Below are positions 61,944 to 64,000 of a stretch of DNA of 64,000 nucleotides, piece after piece. This stretch comes from Podarcis vaucheri (taxonomy: Eukaryota), in the NCBI GenBank assembly GCA_965113315.1, contig OZ220374.1; one strand, 5' to 3'. The notes beneath the pieces are model-generated. The model was not told where the DNA came from. It made no database searches and worked only from the letters and a program-made list of their open reading frames with translations. Every line of letters starts with the position of its first letter. Within the stretch, counting starts at the first letter, position 1. A program made the translations under genes and the position numbers.

Positions 61944-63361
61944 GTGAGTTGGGGGTTTTGGGGGGGCGTGGGGGTCCTTGCAAAGAGGCCTTTCCTTGCC
62001 CCCCCCCATAACTGGTCCCTACTGGTATTGCGGTCAGGCCTACATGGCGCTGGCCTCACAGATAATGCAAACTCTGACCGGCAGCATCTCGGGATGTGAA
62101 CCAGGAGGGGGACCTGGGTTCAAATCCCCTCCTCCAGCTCCCTAGCGCTGGAATTGAGCCGGTCCACGTCTCTCCTCCTGGTCTACCTCCCAGGGCTGCC
62201 CTCGCCATGAGGCGGCCATGTTTGTCACCCTGAGGGACAACTTGGGATACGGACATAGCCATAAGTACAAAGATCAGTGTTTTTACCTCAAAGTTATCCT
62301 GTAGTTTCACGTGGTAGACTCATCCCGATCCATCCTGGAGGCAGACCCCCCAAACTCCTCGCAGGCTCACGAGGCGATTCCGTCTTTTTCAGATTATTTC
62401 GAACCGAAACTCGTGTCCAAATGCCTCCCTTCCTTTTGCGTAAAAAGCTTTGGGGCTTTTTTCCCCTTCTTACGATCCAGCGTATATAATTTTGTATGAA
62501 ATGAAGTAACTTCAAATTCTCTCTCTTTTTTTTAAAAAAAAGATATTTTTAAAGATTTTTAACACATTACAATAAAAATAGAAAAAAAGAAAAAGAAAAA
62601 TACAAAATAAAAACAGTTAAGAAACACCTTGATTTTCCGTTTCTTATTTTCCTTAAGCTTATTTCCCCGGACCTCCTCATACCTCCCTTTTTCGTATTCC
62701 ACTTAAATTTATTAGTTCAGCAAATCCTTGCCATTAAGCTTTTACCCATTTATAAGCCTTTTTTTTCATATTCTCTTAAAGAATATGCTTTAAGTAACTT
62801 CAAATTCTCATGGGGGGGAAAAAATCTCCTGAGGGAATTCGGCATTCTACATTTATTTGGCCTTCTGGAGGCTGTTGCCGTGGAAACGCTCCCCGGAAGG
62901 GAAAAAGGCGGGAAAACGCCTCCGCTAGAGGACCGCTCCTATGTCTCCCATTTTGCCCACATCCCTGCCAATTCTGAGGAGAAACTTCTCCACAGGAAGG
63001 ATCCCGGATCCCCTTAGATTCCTCACCCCTTAAGTCCCTGAGGGAGAAACAGATAACCTGAAGGCCAGAGAGAAACCACAAAGGCTGTGGCACCGAGGGA
63101 GGATTTTAATTTTTCTTTTCCTCACAGAGGAAAGATGGCGCCTGCCAAGCTGACCAGAGGCAAGGAGGCCAAAATGGCTCCTGCCCCAGGGAGAGGAGAC
63201 ACTAGTCTAGTCATCCTAGCGATAATGATAGTAATATACTTATTTGTACCCTGCCCATCTGGGAGGCTTCCAGCGTAAATAAAAACATACACAGGGCTGC
63301 CTTCAGATTACTTCTAAAGGTTGAATAGTCACTTATCTCCGCAGGGCAGGTGCCACCACAA

Positions 63362-63785
63362 CATGCCGAAAATTTCAAATCCATTTCCCATAACCTTTCC
63401 CAGTCTGAAAGCTGAATATTATGCCCCAAACCCCTCGCCCAGTGTATCATTACAGATTTAACCTGTTCATCTTTTGTATGCCATTCCAAAAGTAATCTAT
63501 ACATTTTTGACAGTAATTTTATATTTTCTAACAAGCCTTTTTCAAATATTGAGGTCTCATAGCTGAAACCTATCTATCTTAAATATATCATTTAGATGGT
63601 GAAACTGTAGCCAGTCAGTTAATCCCTTATCTCTTCAAAATCTTTCAATTTCACCTGATGTTCTACTTCAGTTAACAGCGCTCTATGTGTTGCCCAATTA
63701 CTTCTCATATTTAGTTTTTTCCCAGAGCTATCGCTTCCAGTGGGGAAAGCCCCCAGGGTGTTTTCTGTTCCAGTAGCCGGTTCTT
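63362..63785 (-). mobile_element. L1/Tx1-like ORF2 fragment
   Basis: LSKMYRLLLEW...VMIHWARGLGHNIQLSDWERLW. Confidence 0.65.
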
Positions 63786-63829
63786 TTTTTAAAAGATGAT
63801 TTTATTAAAGCTTTTTTCATAATGCGGTA

Positions 63830-63876
<47 letters not shown>

Positions 63877-63935
63877 TTATTTATATCCCGCCCTCCCCAG
63901 CCGAAGCCGGGCTCAGAGCGGTTAACAACAATAAA
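63830..63935 (-). repeat. (TAA)n tail plus L2/SINE 3' end
   Basis: (TAA)n followed by TTTATATCCCGCCC. Confidence 0.6.
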
Positions 63936-64000
63936 AGTAACACAGCACTCTAAAATCAATTCATTTTAAAATCAATTCAAAATCAAATTCATGGCAACCA

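Overview
Vertebrate genomic DNA, almost certainly a squamate lizard (Sauria SINEs, BovB, CR1, L2, RTE, L1 and many MITEs; repeat content looks lacertid-like). It holds a complete DHX30 gene on the + strand (about 17.9-47.1 kb). DHX30 has two alternative coding starts (an MFSL.. cytoplasmic-type start at 21380 and a mitochondrial-presequence-like exon at 26325), an 18-nt microexon and one GC-AG intron. Head-to-head with it on the - strand is the first coding exon (12217-11703) of a short, divergent KANSL1-family gene. This may be the 'third' ohnologue from the MAP4 paralogon, not known from the human locus. Downstream are the first three coding exons of a KRAB gene; its zinc-finger exon is not in the window. 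The most striking non-genic structure is a ~1 kb near-perfect palindrome (9879-10890) of a Penelope-like terminal repeat, with a minimal hammerhead-ribozyme core in each arm. A second, degenerate hammerhead lies at ~21.0 kb. All calls are by eye and from remembered homologues; no searches were run.
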